Source: Candidatus Hodarchaeota archaeon
Lineage (GTDB): Archaea; Asgardarchaeota; Heimdallarchaeia; Hodarchaeales; Hodarchaeaceae
DNA: 34,714 nucleotides
NCBI GenBank assembly: GCA_016839815.1
Contig: JAEOTM010000120.1
Coordinates: 1 to 34,714 of the forward strand
Direction of reading: 5' to 3'
The stretch's first letter is position 1. Each line of letters begins with the position of its first letter. The position numbers and the translations under genes are program-made. The notes under the pieces were generated by a model. That model searched no databases. It saw only the letters and a program-made list of their open reading frames with translations, and was not told where the DNA came from. Shown here piece by piece: positions 1 to 9,919 of this stretch.

Positions 1-749
1 AACTGTTTACGTTTCATGCTCTTTTTGTCAAATAACGCAATTTTAGGAGGTGGGTAGGTGTTTTGGATCATTTGATTGACCAAATCTTGTGTTAGATGAG
101 GTATGGCATACTTAGCACACATATGGCCAATTGCATATTCGGAACTACTCATTTGCTTTGTAAATTTCTGAGGATAGTGATTTCCTCCGAAGCCTATACT
201 AGAAATCCAAGTTTTATTCTCATACAGATTATCAAAATCAGTCATATTGACTGCATCAGCAATTAAGCGACATGCCTCTAAATCAGCCCATTGGTCTTCT
301 GATGATCCAACCTCGATGTAAGTAATGGGATTTGGGGTGTAAGGCCCATGATGAGTGACTTCAATACTTGTTTCATACTCATACTGCAAATCATAGTTAT
401 CAGAAGAATGTAAATTAACTATATTTAGATAAAGTTGTTTTTGAATAAAAGAATTGCATTTAATAAGGGTATTATCTGTTCCCCCAAATTCGGCTTTAGA
501 AAAATTCCCAATAGGATGGAGTGTCAAGCTAGGCCTTAGACTCTTCGCTCTATGTCGTGATAGAAAGATGAGTGTATACGAATCATGCTCAATATGCGCA
601 GCAAGTTCGTCGTCAGCAAATATCGATTCCCCTTCTATCACAATAGTGTCCTCCTGCAGAGGTTGTTTGATGAACTTTAGAATATTCATACCTGCATTAT
701 CAATTCTACTTGCTAGTAATTGTATCTGGGGAGGGATTCTGTTTGGCAT
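1..749 (-). CDS. dtdA: Archaeal-type D-aminoacyl-tRNA deacylase (DTD2/GEK1 family), 3' end runs off the window
   Basis: Not in the ORF track because there is no stop inside the window. Manual translation from ATG at 749: MPNRIPPQIQLLASRIDNAGMNI...IFLSRHRAKSLRPSLTLHPIGNFSKAEFGG...EVTHHGPY...YIEVGSSEDQW...IGFGGNHY...GHMCAKY. SRH, HxxGN, ExTHHGP, ExGS and GFGGxHY are DTD2 family motifs. Confidence 0.92.
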   Translation of the reverse strand, partial: MPNRIPPQIQLLASRIDNAGMNILKFIKQPLQEDTIVIEGESIFADDELAAHIEHDSYTLIFLSRHRAKSLRPSLTLHPIGNFSKAEFGGTDNTLIKCNSFIQKQLYLNIVNLHSSDNYDLQYEYETSIEVTHHGPYTPNPITYIEVGSSEDQWADLEACRLIADAVNMTDFDNLYENKTWISSIGFGGNHYPQKFTKQMSSSEYAIGHMCAKYAIPHLTQDLVNQMIQNTYPPPKIALFDKKSMKRKQ

Positions 750-758
750 ATATACACG

Positions 759-2066
759 TCATCTACTTGAATTTGATGTTTCCTCAATCAAAACACTGAG
801 ATATGCAACCAGTAATTTCATTGCATCGAGAACTAAGGTTTTATTTACATTCGTCATGTTATCATTCTTTGAATGAATCATTTTGCTTCCATTGATTAAC
901 CAATTAGTACGATGACCGTCATATAGCCAATGAGCAAAATCTGATCCTGGATACATGAAATTTGATCCTTTAAGGTCAATATCTAGCTGTTCTGCTAATT
1001 CAATGAGTTGATCATTGAATTGTGTATCCAGCTTTGTTCTCAGGATTGGATTAATACCCTTCACATAAGCTATTGGAGGTTTTTCACCGATCATATCTAC
1101 AGAAATTACGTGAGTATTCTTGTCTATGGACGAATTTCTATGAAAAAAGGATGATCCTATTAATCCTGCTTCTTCTGCACCAAAAAATCCGAATGTAAAT
1201 CGAAAGTTATCTATATTTTGAGTTTTTAAATACCTAGCCAACTCTAATAGAATAGCTACACCTGTACCATCGTCAATAATACCGTGTGAATTATTTCCAC
1301 GAAAAATCCGCGAGATCATTAAGAACTCTAATGGTATAGCAAGTGTGAATAGTAAAATTACATAAAATGGAAAGAGTAAGTCAAAAATTTCCCACTCAAA
1401 AAAGAAATTTCCTAAATATTCGGTAGTATAGATTAAAGTAAATAGTAAAAACGAGATAAATCCTATTATTCCGATTATTTTTGAATATCTCATTGGAAGT
1501 TTAGAAGAAATTGAATCAAAATGAGCAGTAAAGAGAATTTGATGAGAGGCATCCTCTTGTCCAATTTCAGTAATAACATTTTGACTCGGGATTATCGTTT
1601 CTTTATCTTTCTCAGACAGGTCCTTATCTTTGATATTTTGTTCTAACTTCTCTAATTCTTTCCGTTTTCTCTTAAAGAAAAATTTCATTACAGATTCGAA
1701 TCTAAATATAACGAATAAAATAATTAATGGGAGAATAAAGGTAATTAGACTAATTAGTTTATTATTGTCTAAAAAGGTAAGGTTTAGCAGTGTAATAATT
1801 GCCCACAAAGCGATAACAAGTGGAATTCTAAAACTTGAAACCAACGACGACTTTTTGTGATGGAATTCTTGGATTATAGGTTTATATCCCAAAGTACTCA
1901 AAGTTGAAGCTATATATTTAGCAGCATTCTTATCCCCTAGGGTTCCAGCTCTTCTTGGAAAATCAAGCTGTTTTAGGTGAGAAAGGGGATCAATCCCTGA
2001 CCTAAAGATCTCATTGATCTTATCTTTGAGGGTATATTTTGAAGAGGGATGTAAAGTGGCATCCAT
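759..2066 (-). CDS. Membrane-bound M28 family metallopeptidase
   Basis: Zn-ligand/catalytic motifs TAHFDS, DDGTG, GAEE, VDMIG, GSD and IHS; N-terminal PRRAGT; two pairs of TM helices inserted in the catalytic domain. Confidence 0.85.
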   Translation of the reverse strand: MDATLHPSSKYTLKDKINEIFRSGIDPLSHLKQLDFPRRAGTLGDKNAAKYIASTLSTLGYKPIIQEFHHKKSSLVSSFRIPLVIALWAIITLLNLTFLDNNKLISLITFILPLIILFVIFRFESVMKFFFKRKRKELEKLEQNIKDKDLSEKDKETIIPSQNVITEIGQEDASHQILFTAHFDSISSKLPMRYSKIIGIIGFISFLLFTLIYTTEYLGNFFFEWEIFDLLFPFYVILLFTLAIPLEFLMISRIFRGNNSHGIIDDGTGVAILLELARYLKTQNIDNFRFTFGFFGAEEAGLIGSSFFHRNSSIDKNTHVISVDMIGEKPPIAYVKGINPILRTKLDTQFNDQLIELAEQLDIDLKGSNFMYPGSDFAHWLYDGHRTNWLINGSKMIHSKNDNMTNVNKTLVLDAMKLLVAYLSVLIEETSNSSR

Positions 2067-2083
2067 ATAATCATCAACCGAAA

Positions 2084-2854
2084 TTATGATTCCATAACAT
2101 CAAGGAATTCAACTGCAGAAATTGCACACTTTATTGTATTTAGAACTCCTTGTTCAAATTTTTTGAGATTCTCCTCAACTGATCCTGTGTAAATACTATC
2201 TGGATCATTAAGATTACCATCTGAGGTTAAGATTGTACCAGTATGTACATTTTTAGTTAAACCAAAAATATAAAGAAGAGCTGATTCCATCTCGACACAC
2301 GTTCCACCAACTGTATTCCACTTCTTAAATTGGTTTTGATCTTCAGAATAGTATACATCAGATGTCCAAACTAATCCTGTGTGATAATTTATGTGCAAAT
2401 TGGTAGCTGCTTGACACAGAGCCTGAAAAACTGGTGGTGAAGCTACAGCAGGAACTTTTAATGAGGCAAATTTTGGAGAAGTTCCATCGTCTCGAATCGC
2501 TCCATAGGGAATATAGATGGAACCAATACCATACTCATCTCCAGGAAGTAAGGAACCTGTAGATCCAATTCTAATGAATATTCTGCCACCTGCACGATAA
2601 GCTTCTTCTAAAACAATAGCTGTACTTGGACATCCCATTCCTGTTGTTAGTACAGTAACTGGGATATTTTTTGAGGGAGTGACTCCCTTATAGGCAATTA
2701 GTCCTCTGTGTTCTGCGACTTTTTTTTCGTTTTTCAAATGAGAAGCAATAGTCGGGACTCTATCGGGATTCCCTGCTATAAAGCAAACTTGATCGACCTC
2801 TTGTACCTTGATGTGAGGTTGTAACGGTTTTTCAGACATAGGAATTTCCTTCAT
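2084..2854 (-). CDS. Nucleoside phosphorylase (uridine phosphorylase/PNP_UDP_1 family)
   Basis: Motifs GNPDRV, TGMGCPS, RIGSTGSL, RDDGTS, TSDVYY and VEMES. The start may be the second Met (2839). Confidence 0.88.
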   Translation of the reverse strand: MKEIPMSEKPLQPHIKVQEVDQVCFIAGNPDRVPTIASHLKNEKKVAEHRGLIAYKGVTPSKNIPVTVLTTGMGCPSTAIVLEEAYRAGGRIFIRIGSTGSLLPGDEYGIGSIYIPYGAIRDDGTSPKFASLKVPAVASPPVFQALCQAATNLHINYHTGLVWTSDVYYSEDQNQFKKWNTVGGTCVEMESALLYIFGLTKNVHTGTILTSDGNLNDPDSIYTGSVEENLKKFEQGVLNTIKCAISAVEFLDVMES

Positions 2855-3016
2855 AAGATTTAGTTGATTCTAAAACATTATAAGTGATAATTGGTAGATT
2901 AGAAGGAAGAAATAAGAATTTTAGCTTCAAAAAAACAAACCTACAAATCCAGAAGAAATTAAAATATACACTCATTATTTGTACATTAATTGAATAATCT
3001 CTTAGAGGTATGATGT

Positions 3017-3943
3017 ATGGTTCGTATTGCGGGGATACAAATAGCTCCCATTGTATTAAATAGTCAGAAGACATGGGAGAAGCTGAGTGACTTCATTAGA
3101 GAAGCATGCGATCAAGAAGCTCAATTAGTCTCATGGGGGGAAACTCTGATCCCAGGATATCCATTTTGGCCTTCTCCCACTGGAGGTGCAAAATGGAATG
3201 ATTCCGATCAAAAAAAGACATATAGTACATATTGGCATGAAGCTTTGGATCTAACAAATTCATCAATACTACGAGAAATGCAGAATCTAGCAAAAGAATT
3301 AAAGGTTATGATGATGGGAGGAATAGCAGAAAAATCCAGTGGATCTACATACTGTACACTAATAACAATTGATGATAATGGAAAATTAATTAACAGACAT
3401 AGGAAAATCAAACCAACCTACGAAGAACGCTTGATATGGGCTGATGGGGATGCAAAAGGACTTGTAACTGTACCTTTTCAAAGCTATAAAATAGGAGGCT
3501 TAAATTGTTGGGAAAATTGGATCCCCTATGCTAGAGCTGCTCTACATCGTCAAAATGAAATGCTTCATATAGCTGTTTGGCCTGGAAGTGATGGTTTAAC
3601 CAAAGATATTACACGATTCATGGCTTTAGAGGGTCGCTATTGGGTAATTTCGGTTTCAGGCTTATTAAGGACAGAAGATTTAGTTAATTTATCTGAAACT
3701 GATTTTCCTGTTAAAAAATATTTAGATTTAGAGAATAATCAACCTAAATATTGGCAAAATGGAGGGACTGTAGTCGCGGATCCTAAAGGTAGACTCATCA
3801 ATGACCCCTTAATCGAGAAAGAAGGGATAGTTTACGCGGATATCAATTTTCGGGAAGTAATCGAAGAAAGAATGAATTTTGATTATTCTGGTCATTATTC
3901 TCGTTTTGATATCTTTAATGAACCTATGAATCAGGGAAAATGA
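3017..3943 (+). CDS. Nitrilase-family carbon-nitrogen hydrolase
   Basis: Catalytic triad E (WGETLIPGYP), K (HRKIKPTYEER) and C (LNCWEN); C-terminal DYSGHYSRFD typical of the nitrilase branch. Confidence 0.9.
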   Translation: MVRIAGIQIAPIVLNSQKTWEKLSDFIREACDQEAQLVSWGETLIPGYPFWPSPTGGAKWNDSDQKKTYSTYWHEALDLTNSSILREMQNLAKELKVMMMGGIAEKSSGSTYCTLITIDDNGKLINRHRKIKPTYEERLIWADGDAKGLVTVPFQSYKIGGLNCWENWIPYARAALHRQNEMLHIAVWPGSDGLTKDITRFMALEGRYWVISVSGLLRTEDLVNLSETDFPVKKYLDLENNQPKYWQNGGTVVADPKGRLINDPLIEKEGIVYADINFREVIEERMNFDYSGHYSRFDIFNEPMNQGK

Positions 3944-3974
3944 GTCATTAATGTCTTCGCAAGTAAGTTCTAAT

Positions 3975-4124
3975 TCAATGACCTTTTTGACGATGTTCTT
4001 TCAATAATTCCTTTGCAATAGTCAAATAATTAATAATGTCCGTCGCAATTTGACTTTGAGCTAGTTGGTGGTTTAGATGGGACTTTAATTTAGGATTTGA
4101 CTGTGAATTAGAATTGGGAGACAT
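3975..4124 (-). CDS. Candidate 49-aa small protein
   Basis: Manual translation MSPNSNSQSNPKLKSHLNHQLAQSQIATDIINYLTIAKELLKEHRQKGH*. It fills the gap, is co-oriented with and 41 bp downstream of 4166..4642, and has a GTGA SD-like motif upstream. Confidence 0.45.
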   Translation of the reverse strand: MSPNSNSQSNPKLKSHLNHQLAQSQIATDIINYLTIAKELLKEHRQKGH

Positions 4125-4165
4125 TTTAAGAATCACATAACCTTTGCTCATCATAGAAACTCGCT

Positions 4166-4642
4166 TTAATTGTCATTCTCATTATTTGTCTCTGCAACAA
4201 TATTTTCCAGCTTATCTAATAGCTCCTGTGCTTGTTCTTCTCTTTTCATCATTTCTTCAGCAAAGAATTTAACAATTTCAGGGAGATCAGAAACTAACTG
4301 GAATTGAACTTTTGAGGGTAACTCAATGAATTTTAGATTTTTACCCTTTCTAAGGCGTGGTAAATAATTGGATTTTACATCGGGAGGATAAGCTTTTAGG
4401 ATCCATAATCCTGATGAATCTAAAGCCAATACTACTGATCGTTCAGCCTCACCTTGATATTCCAGTGTAATGTATTGAACTACTTCACCATCTCTACCAA
4501 AATAAATTGGATCAAAACTACCTTCAACTTTCAAATACTCATCTGCAAATTCATTAAATGTTGAAACCAATCGTTCAGTTATTCGACTTATATTCACACT
4601 TCTCTCCTGCAAGTATCTTATGTCTTTTTGCATGATAATCAT
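4166..4642 (-). CDS. Hypothetical protein, alpha/beta core with coiled-coil-like ends
   Basis: 158-aa ORF with protein-like composition; no family motif recognised. Confidence 0.7.
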   Translation of the reverse strand: MIIMQKDIRYLQERSVNISRITERLVSTFNEFADEYLKVEGSFDPIYFGRDGEVVQYITLEYQGEAERSVVLALDSSGLWILKAYPPDVKSNYLPRLRKGKNLKFIELPSKVQFQLVSDLPEIVKFFAEEMMKREEQAQELLDKLENIVAETNNENDN

Positions 4643-4744
4643 CCTTATTCAAATAAGATATCTTATTTGAACAAACATCCTTATTCATATAAATACCTTT
4701 CTAGAGCTAAGAGTCTAACACAAGGATAATGAGTAGAATAGTAT

Positions 4745-5539
4745 TTAATTCTTAAAAGGAGTCATACCAAGTTTACTACGTAGAAATAAGACTGCGTTTG
4801 ATAATAAGAAAATGTTCAGAACGTATGTAACATCAATGAGATAGCCAAGATTAATTTTACTGGTTCCATATTGATCATTACCAATAAGCGTGTCTGAGAA
4901 CACAAACAAACCAGTCGCGATGATCATTAACCACCGAAATAATCCTGAACGACGATTATAAATTAGACCAAACCAAGAGATACATGCCATAATTCCAATA
5001 GCGACTACATAAGGGACAACTATCAGTGAATCTACATCACTATAAACTAAGACAAGGTAGATCGTGGGTATTAAAATCACCCATAGAAAAAGAGCTATAA
5101 CTATCTTTCTGAACGCTCCAGGATTAATTCGATACTTTAAGGGATTCACTGTTATTATTCCGGAGAAAGCTACAATTAAACAGAATTGCATGAGTAAATA
5201 AACCAGCATACCATAGATAAAATTCGAGTGTATTGTAATCGTGGCAATTAATCCAACTAACATGGAAACTACCATCCAATTCAAATAACGAGTTGGATTT
5301 AATTCATAAGCTTTCAATGGATTAGATTCAATCATTATTTGATTAACTCGTTTACTATCTAGTGAATAAAATCTGATGATCAATGTTGAAAGTACTACAA
5401 ATAAGCTTGCAAGCCAAGAAACTTCTACAATTTTTTCCCCTTGATCTATAACAATATATTCCGAGAAAAGAACTGTTAAAAATCCGATACTACCCAAAAT
5501 AAATGGGATTAGAAACCTACTTGATCGATACTGACTCAT
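4745..5539 (-). CDS. YhhN/TMEM86 (lysoplasmalogenase-like) multi-pass membrane protein
   Basis: About 8 TM helices; FIYGMLVYLLMQ, VPYVVAIGIM and GLFVFSDTLIG match the C-terminal half of YhhN. Confidence 0.65.
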   Translation of the reverse strand: MSQYRSSRFLIPFILGSIGFLTVLFSEYIVIDQGEKIVEVSWLASLFVVLSTLIIRFYSLDSKRVNQIMIESNPLKAYELNPTRYLNWMVVSMLVGLIATITIHSNFIYGMLVYLLMQFCLIVAFSGIITVNPLKYRINPGAFRKIVIALFLWVILIPTIYLVLVYSDVDSLIVVPYVVAIGIMACISWFGLIYNRRSGLFRWLMIIATGLFVFSDTLIGNDQYGTSKINLGYLIDVTYVLNIFLLSNAVLFLRSKLGMTPFKN

Positions 5540-5624
5540 ATTTTCAGCTCCAGAATAACGTTAGATTTACATAAACTGTCTATAAATATATCCCCCTTAA
5601 ATGAATATAGAAAGATACTATCGT

Positions 5625-5660
5625 AGAAGAAGAAAAAGTAGTACTAGTAGAACTAGTACT
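5625..5660 (-). terminator. Putative terminator of the sdh operon
   Basis: Perfect 9-bp inverted repeat AGTACTAGT-aga-ACTAGTACT (5640-5660), followed on the minus strand by CTTTTTCTTCTTCT, about 20 bp after the sdhB stop. Confidence 0.65.
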
Positions 5661-5678
5661 GAAAATTTTAAATTTTGA

Positions 5679-6422
5679 TCAGCCTCGTGACCAGAATTTG
5701 AATGCTTGTTTTGTAGCCTGTCGCTTCAGTGTTTGAATCGCTTCTTTGGGATTAAGTTCCTTTGGACAAGCCTCCACACAATTGAAAGCAGTGTGACACC
5801 TGTAAACACCATCTTCACTGGTAACTCGTTTTAAACGTGCTCTTCGATCTTCATCCCTTGTATCATTGGCAAACCTGAAAGCTTTGAGTAGCGCTCCTGG
5901 ACCTAAATAGTTGGTATCAGTCCATACAGAAACACAAGATGAATGACATGCTCCACAAAGAATACATTTCGTCGCTTCTTCGATTATATGAAAATCATCT
6001 GGACTCTGGAGAATTTCTGTTTCTGGATCTTTTGAATGATCACGTTTAAGATAGGGATCAATAGCTAGAAGCTTCTCATAGAATTGAGACATGTCTACGA
6101 CGAGATCTTTGATCACTGGATATGATGGGAGTGGTTCAAGCTTAATCACCTTTTTCTTAAGCTGTAGAACCAAAGTTTCACATGCTAATTCATACTTATT
6201 GTTCACAAGAAGGGCACATGATCCACAGACACCTGCTCGACAATTATATCGCATCGCGATCGAACCATCTTGTTTGGCAATAAGCTCCTGAATTGCAATT
6301 AGAACCGTAGTACCCTCATTACATTCTAATTCATAAGAATCCCAGTAAGGTTTATCATCAACAACAGGATTGAAGCGTTTGATTTTGAATGTTAATACTT
6401 TAGTTTCTTTAGTTGAACTCAT
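5679..6422 (-). CDS. sdhB: Succinate dehydrogenase/fumarate reductase iron-sulfur subunit
   Basis: CRAGVCGSC...LAC (2Fe-2S), CILCGACHSSC (4Fe-4S) and CHTAFNCVEACP (3Fe-4S). Confidence 0.96.
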   Translation of the reverse strand: MSSTKETKVLTFKIKRFNPVVDDKPYWDSYELECNEGTTVLIAIQELIAKQDGSIAMRYNCRAGVCGSCALLVNNKYELACETLVLQLKKKVIKLEPLPSYPVIKDLVVDMSQFYEKLLAIDPYLKRDHSKDPETEILQSPDDFHIIEEATKCILCGACHSSCVSVWTDTNYLGPGALLKAFRFANDTRDEDRRARLKRVTSEDGVYRCHTAFNCVEACPKELNPKEAIQTLKRQATKQAFKFWSRG

Positions 6423-6431
6423 GATAACACC

Positions 6432-8150
6432 TCAGTACTTCCTCTCTTCAGGTTGCCATTTTGTGATCTGGACATCCTGATACCTTAGCTTTCCTACACC
6501 ATTTTCGAAATTGACTAAAGAGTGCTTTAAGAAGTTTTCATCATCTCTTTTTAGATGATCTAAACGCCAATGACTTCCACGACATTCTTTTCTAGCCAGA
6601 GCTCCCATACAAATTGCTTCTGATTCATCAAGCATTCCCTTGAGAGCAAATACCCACTCTAATTCTCTGTTATATTGTCTAACTTTTGATTTCAAATAGA
6701 CACCCTCATTGAATCGCTTTTTCAGGGCTCTAATGTTGTCGAGAGCTTTTTGGAGTTGTTCTTCCTTTCGATAGACAAAAACATTTAGCTTCATGACAGC
6801 TCGCATCTCTTCCATAATTTCAAAAGGATCATTCTTACCTTCACCACTGTACCAAAAGTCCACTTCTTCTTGTTGCTTTTTATAAGCGTCAAAGATAGAA
6901 TATTGAGCATCAGGTACAGGTGGATTATCTTTGACATACTTAGCTGCTTCTAAACCAGCTACTTTGCCAAAAACAGCACAACCCAAAAGAGAATTTCCTC
7001 CAAGTCGGTTAGCACCATGAACTGAAATACAAGCGCCTTCTCCAGTGGCATAAAAACCAGCTAATTCCTGACTGGCACAGTTTTCATCAACATGGATACC
7101 ACCCATCAAATAGTGGAATCCAGGTTGTACAGGGATTGGATCTTTTACCATATCTTGACCAGAGAAGCGTAAGGCCAACTCACGAATTTGGGGCAAACGT
7201 TCAAGAATTTGTGATTCTGGGAGATGAGTTAAATCCAGATGGACATATCCGTTTTCCTTTGTCCCATAACCTCTACCTTCCAATACTTCCTGATAAATTG
7301 AACGAGACACAATATCTCTAGGAGCTAATTCCATCTTTTCAGGTGCGTACTTTTCCATAAAGCGCTCACCCTTATTGTTTCGAAGGTAACCACCTTCTCC
7401 ACGGGCAGCCTCACTAATAAGAACGTTATTCCCATACAATGATGTAGGATGAAATTGAATGAATTCCATATCTTTCATTGCAACTCCAGCCCATGCGGCA
7501 ACGGCAATTCCAAATCCTGTACAATTAAGAGCATTAGAAGTAGCCCCATAAATTTGGCCAGCTCCGCCTATGGCAAAAACTACTGCGTCACATTCCCACA
7601 TCTCAAGCTCTCCTGTGACAAAATTCAAGGCAACTAATCCTGTGACTTTTTTGTCCTTTGTCGCAACGCGTACGACAAAGCGATCCTCATATACTGGAAC
7701 TCCCAATTTTTCAGATCTTTCCCAGAGTACGTGAATAACAGAATGTCCTGTTCTATCAGCAGCAAAACATGTACGGGGGTAACCTGCGCCACCAAATGGA
7801 CGTTGACCAATTTTCCCATCTTCAAATCGTGAAAATGGACAACCCCAATGCTCTAGCTCATAAATTGTTTCTTTAGCTAATCCAATCATCTTGATAACTG
7901 CTGGTTGATCGGCTAAATAATCAGAACCTTTGACAGTATCAAAAGCATGTCTTTCAACAGAATCATCTTTCGATTCAGGTGCATTCCCTAACGGTGCATT
8001 AATACCACCCTGTGCAGCCACGCTGTGACTTCTCACTGGTTGACATATTGAAATTACCGCACAATCTACTCCGCTCTCTTTTGCTGCAATAGCAGCTCGC
8101 ATTCCTGCTAAACCAGATCCAACGACTAATACTGAATGTTTTTTAATCAT
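6432..8150 (-). CDS. sdhA: Succinate dehydrogenase/fumarate reductase flavoprotein subunit
   Basis: [16 protein letters not shown] (covalent FAD His), [24 protein letters not shown] and [11 protein letters not shown]. Confidence 0.97.
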   Translation of the reverse strand: MIKKHSVLVVGSGLAGMRAAIAAKESGVDCAVISICQPVRSHSVAAQGGINAPLGNAPESKDDSVERHAFDTVKGSDYLADQPAVIKMIGLAKETIYELEHWGCPFSRFEDGKIGQRPFGGAGYPRTCFAADRTGHSVIHVLWERSEKLGVPVYEDRFVVRVATKDKKVTGLVALNFVTGELEMWECDAVVFAIGGAGQIYGATSNALNCTGFGIAVAAWAGVAMKDMEFIQFHPTSLYGNNVLISEAARGEGGYLRNNKGERFMEKYAPEKMELAPRDIVSRSIYQEVLEGRGYGTKENGYVHLDLTHLPESQILERLPQIRELALRFSGQDMVKDPIPVQPGFHYLMGGIHVDENCASQELAGFYATGEGACISVHGANRLGGNSLLGCAVFGKVAGLEAAKYVKDNPPVPDAQYSIFDAYKKQQEEVDFWYSGEGKNDPFEIMEEMRAVMKLNVFVYRKEEQLQKALDNIRALKKRFNEGVYLKSKVRQYNRELEWVFALKGMLDESEAICMGALARKECRGSHWRLDHLKRDDENFLKHSLVNFENGVGKLRYQDVQITKWQPEERKY

Positions 8151-8156
8151 GGTTAT

Positions 8157-8681
8157 TCACTCTCCAGCTAAAACTATCTCTGGAACAATCATTATGAGAT
8201 ACATGGCTAAAATCCAAGAGATAATACCAAGGATAAACAATATCCAGAAAACCTGTTTTTGTTTCCGAATTCCAATTCCTAGATCAAAGAGAACTACACG
8301 TATTCCATTATACCCGTGATAAACTAATGCAGCTAATAGAGCTGCATCAATCAAAAAAGAAAATCGGAGCATACTTTCTACTACATCAGGAAAACCCATT
8401 CCCTCAACGAGAGAAGAGCCCATTGCAGATGTTATACTATTATAGAGTAAACCAGGTGTTTCAAAACCAAGGAATGTGTCCAACATCATCGTTCCAATAA
8501 TACCAAAATGTATGAAAACGTACATTATGAGAAACAGACCTGTTAATCGTTGAGCTAACCAAGAATACATCCCAATACCACGGGAGAAAGGATTAAACCA
8601 ACGATAGAACTTAGAACCATGGCTATCCGTTTCAACCTGAGTTTGGTGTACAATTTGTTCAGTTTCTGACATGTGTTTCAC
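8157..8681 (-). CDS. sdhC: Succinate dehydrogenase cytochrome b membrane anchor (SdhC-like)
   Basis: 3 TM helices; WLAQRLTG...H...HGYNGIRVVLFDLG; directly upstream of sdhA. Confidence 0.8.
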   Translation of the reverse strand: MKHMSETEQIVHQTQVETDSHGSKFYRWFNPFSRGIGMYSWLAQRLTGLFLIMYVFIHFGIIGTMMLDTFLGFETPGLLYNSITSAMGSSLVEGMGFPDVVESMLRFSFLIDAALLAALVYHGYNGIRVVLFDLGIGIRKQKQVFWILFILGIISWILAMYLIMIVPEIVLAGE

Positions 8682-9109
8682 CCTAACGATAGCACAGTTG
8701 AATTAAGTGTAAATGCGTATATTACCGCTAACACTCCGATAAGAAGTAGTAAGATACCAATAAGCTTTCTAAACGAATGACCTGTAGCTATATCCAGTAC
8801 AACCATTCTAAATCCATTTAACATGTGTAACATTAGAAAAACTACAAATAAAATGGATATCCAGAAATACAATGGATTCTGCATTTTCCATTGAACAGCC
8901 GCGAACGATGCGATTCCTTCTTCTAGCTCAGGATGTGCATCAGTATCCATCAATAAAGTTAGATAATGATTGACAATCATATGGAAGAGGACAAAGAGAA
9001 ATACGAGAAAACCCGAAACTCTTTGCAGTACCCACCAGAAAGCTGATGAACCAGAATGTTTAGGAATAAATACTTTGACCTTTTGTTTTTGAGAAGGATT
9101 TAATTTCAT
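8678..9109 (-). CDS. sdhD: Succinate dehydrogenase hydrophobic anchor (SdhD-like)
   Basis: WWVLQRVSG...FH...LHMLNGFRMVVLD. Start placed at ATG 9109 (MKLNPSQK), preceded by GTGAGGT; the ORF-track extension to 9187 overlaps AT-rich promoter sequence. Confidence 0.78.
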   Translation of the reverse strand: MKLNPSQKQKVKVFIPKHSGSSAFWWVLQRVSGFLVFLFVLFHMIVNHYLTLLMDTDAHPELEEGIASFAAVQWKMQNPLYFWISILFVVFLMLHMLNGFRMVVLDIATGHSFRKLIGILLLLIGVLAVIYAFTLNSTVLSLG

Positions 9110-9333
9110 GGAAGACCTCACTTCACAAATTTTTGACCGTAGATGTAATTTATAATAAAATACATTATAAAGTATCTGTTTTTCCACTTTTTAGTAAGAT
9201 AAAACACATATTTTATAATTATAACGCCTGATAGCCATGTTGTAGCCCTTATCTATTGTTAAGATTACGTTTGCAGGCATTTGGGAATTCCTTTTAACTA
9301 ACAATCAAATCCCTCCCATAGGAGGAGCAATCT

Positions 9334-9861
9334 ATGTCCAACGAAGTTATTATTAAACTCAATTCTGTCGGTTCTTTTTCAGTTGGAAAGACTTCTCTCA
9401 TCAGACGATATACTAACAACACCTTTTCTGAAGATTATCTACCTACTCTTGGAGTAGACATCACTGTCAAGCGAGGAATAATCATTGATGCTAAACCAAT
9501 TCGATTAGTCTTTATGGACACAGCTGGAGAGGAAAAGTTTGGGAGTTTGCGAAAAACTTACTTTGAAGGTTCATTAGGGTGCATTGCTGTTTATGATATT
9601 ACCCGTCCCGAAACCATGAAAGATCTAGATAATTGGTTAAAGGAGTACCGGAGTGTTGCGGGAGAAGATAAGATTATTTCTGTAATAGGAAACAAAATTG
9701 ATTTAGCAGGAAGAAGAAAGGTACCTGCCACAGATGGACAGCGCTATGCTAGATCCGAAGGATCTGATTTTTACGAAGCATCAGCTAAATTCGGTGGAAA
9801 AATTATTCCAAAGATTTTTATTGATCTAGTTCAAAAAGTTCTTACTAATTTGAATAAATAG
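9334..9861 (+). CDS. Rab-like small GTPase (eukaryotic signature protein)
   Basis: G1 GSFSVGKTS, G2 PTLGVD, G3 DTAGEE, G4 NKID, G5 SAK; AVYDIT RabF5-like motif; AGGAGG SD; no C-terminal Cys motif. Confidence 0.93.
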   Translation: MSNEVIIKLNSVGSFSVGKTSLIRRYTNNTFSEDYLPTLGVDITVKRGIIIDAKPIRLVFMDTAGEEKFGSLRKTYFEGSLGCIAVYDITRPETMKDLDNWLKEYRSVAGEDKIISVIGNKIDLAGRRKVPATDGQRYARSEGSDFYEASAKFGGKIIPKIFIDLVQKVLTNLNK

Positions 9862-9919
9862 AGAAAGTTGATCCTATTTTAGATTGAATAGTACTCATCA
9901 AATTTCATCTCAATGGATC

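Noticed and set aside
454-876. 140-aa plus-strand ORF
   Set aside because: Antisense shadow of dtdA and the M28 peptidase, which carry clear family motifs.
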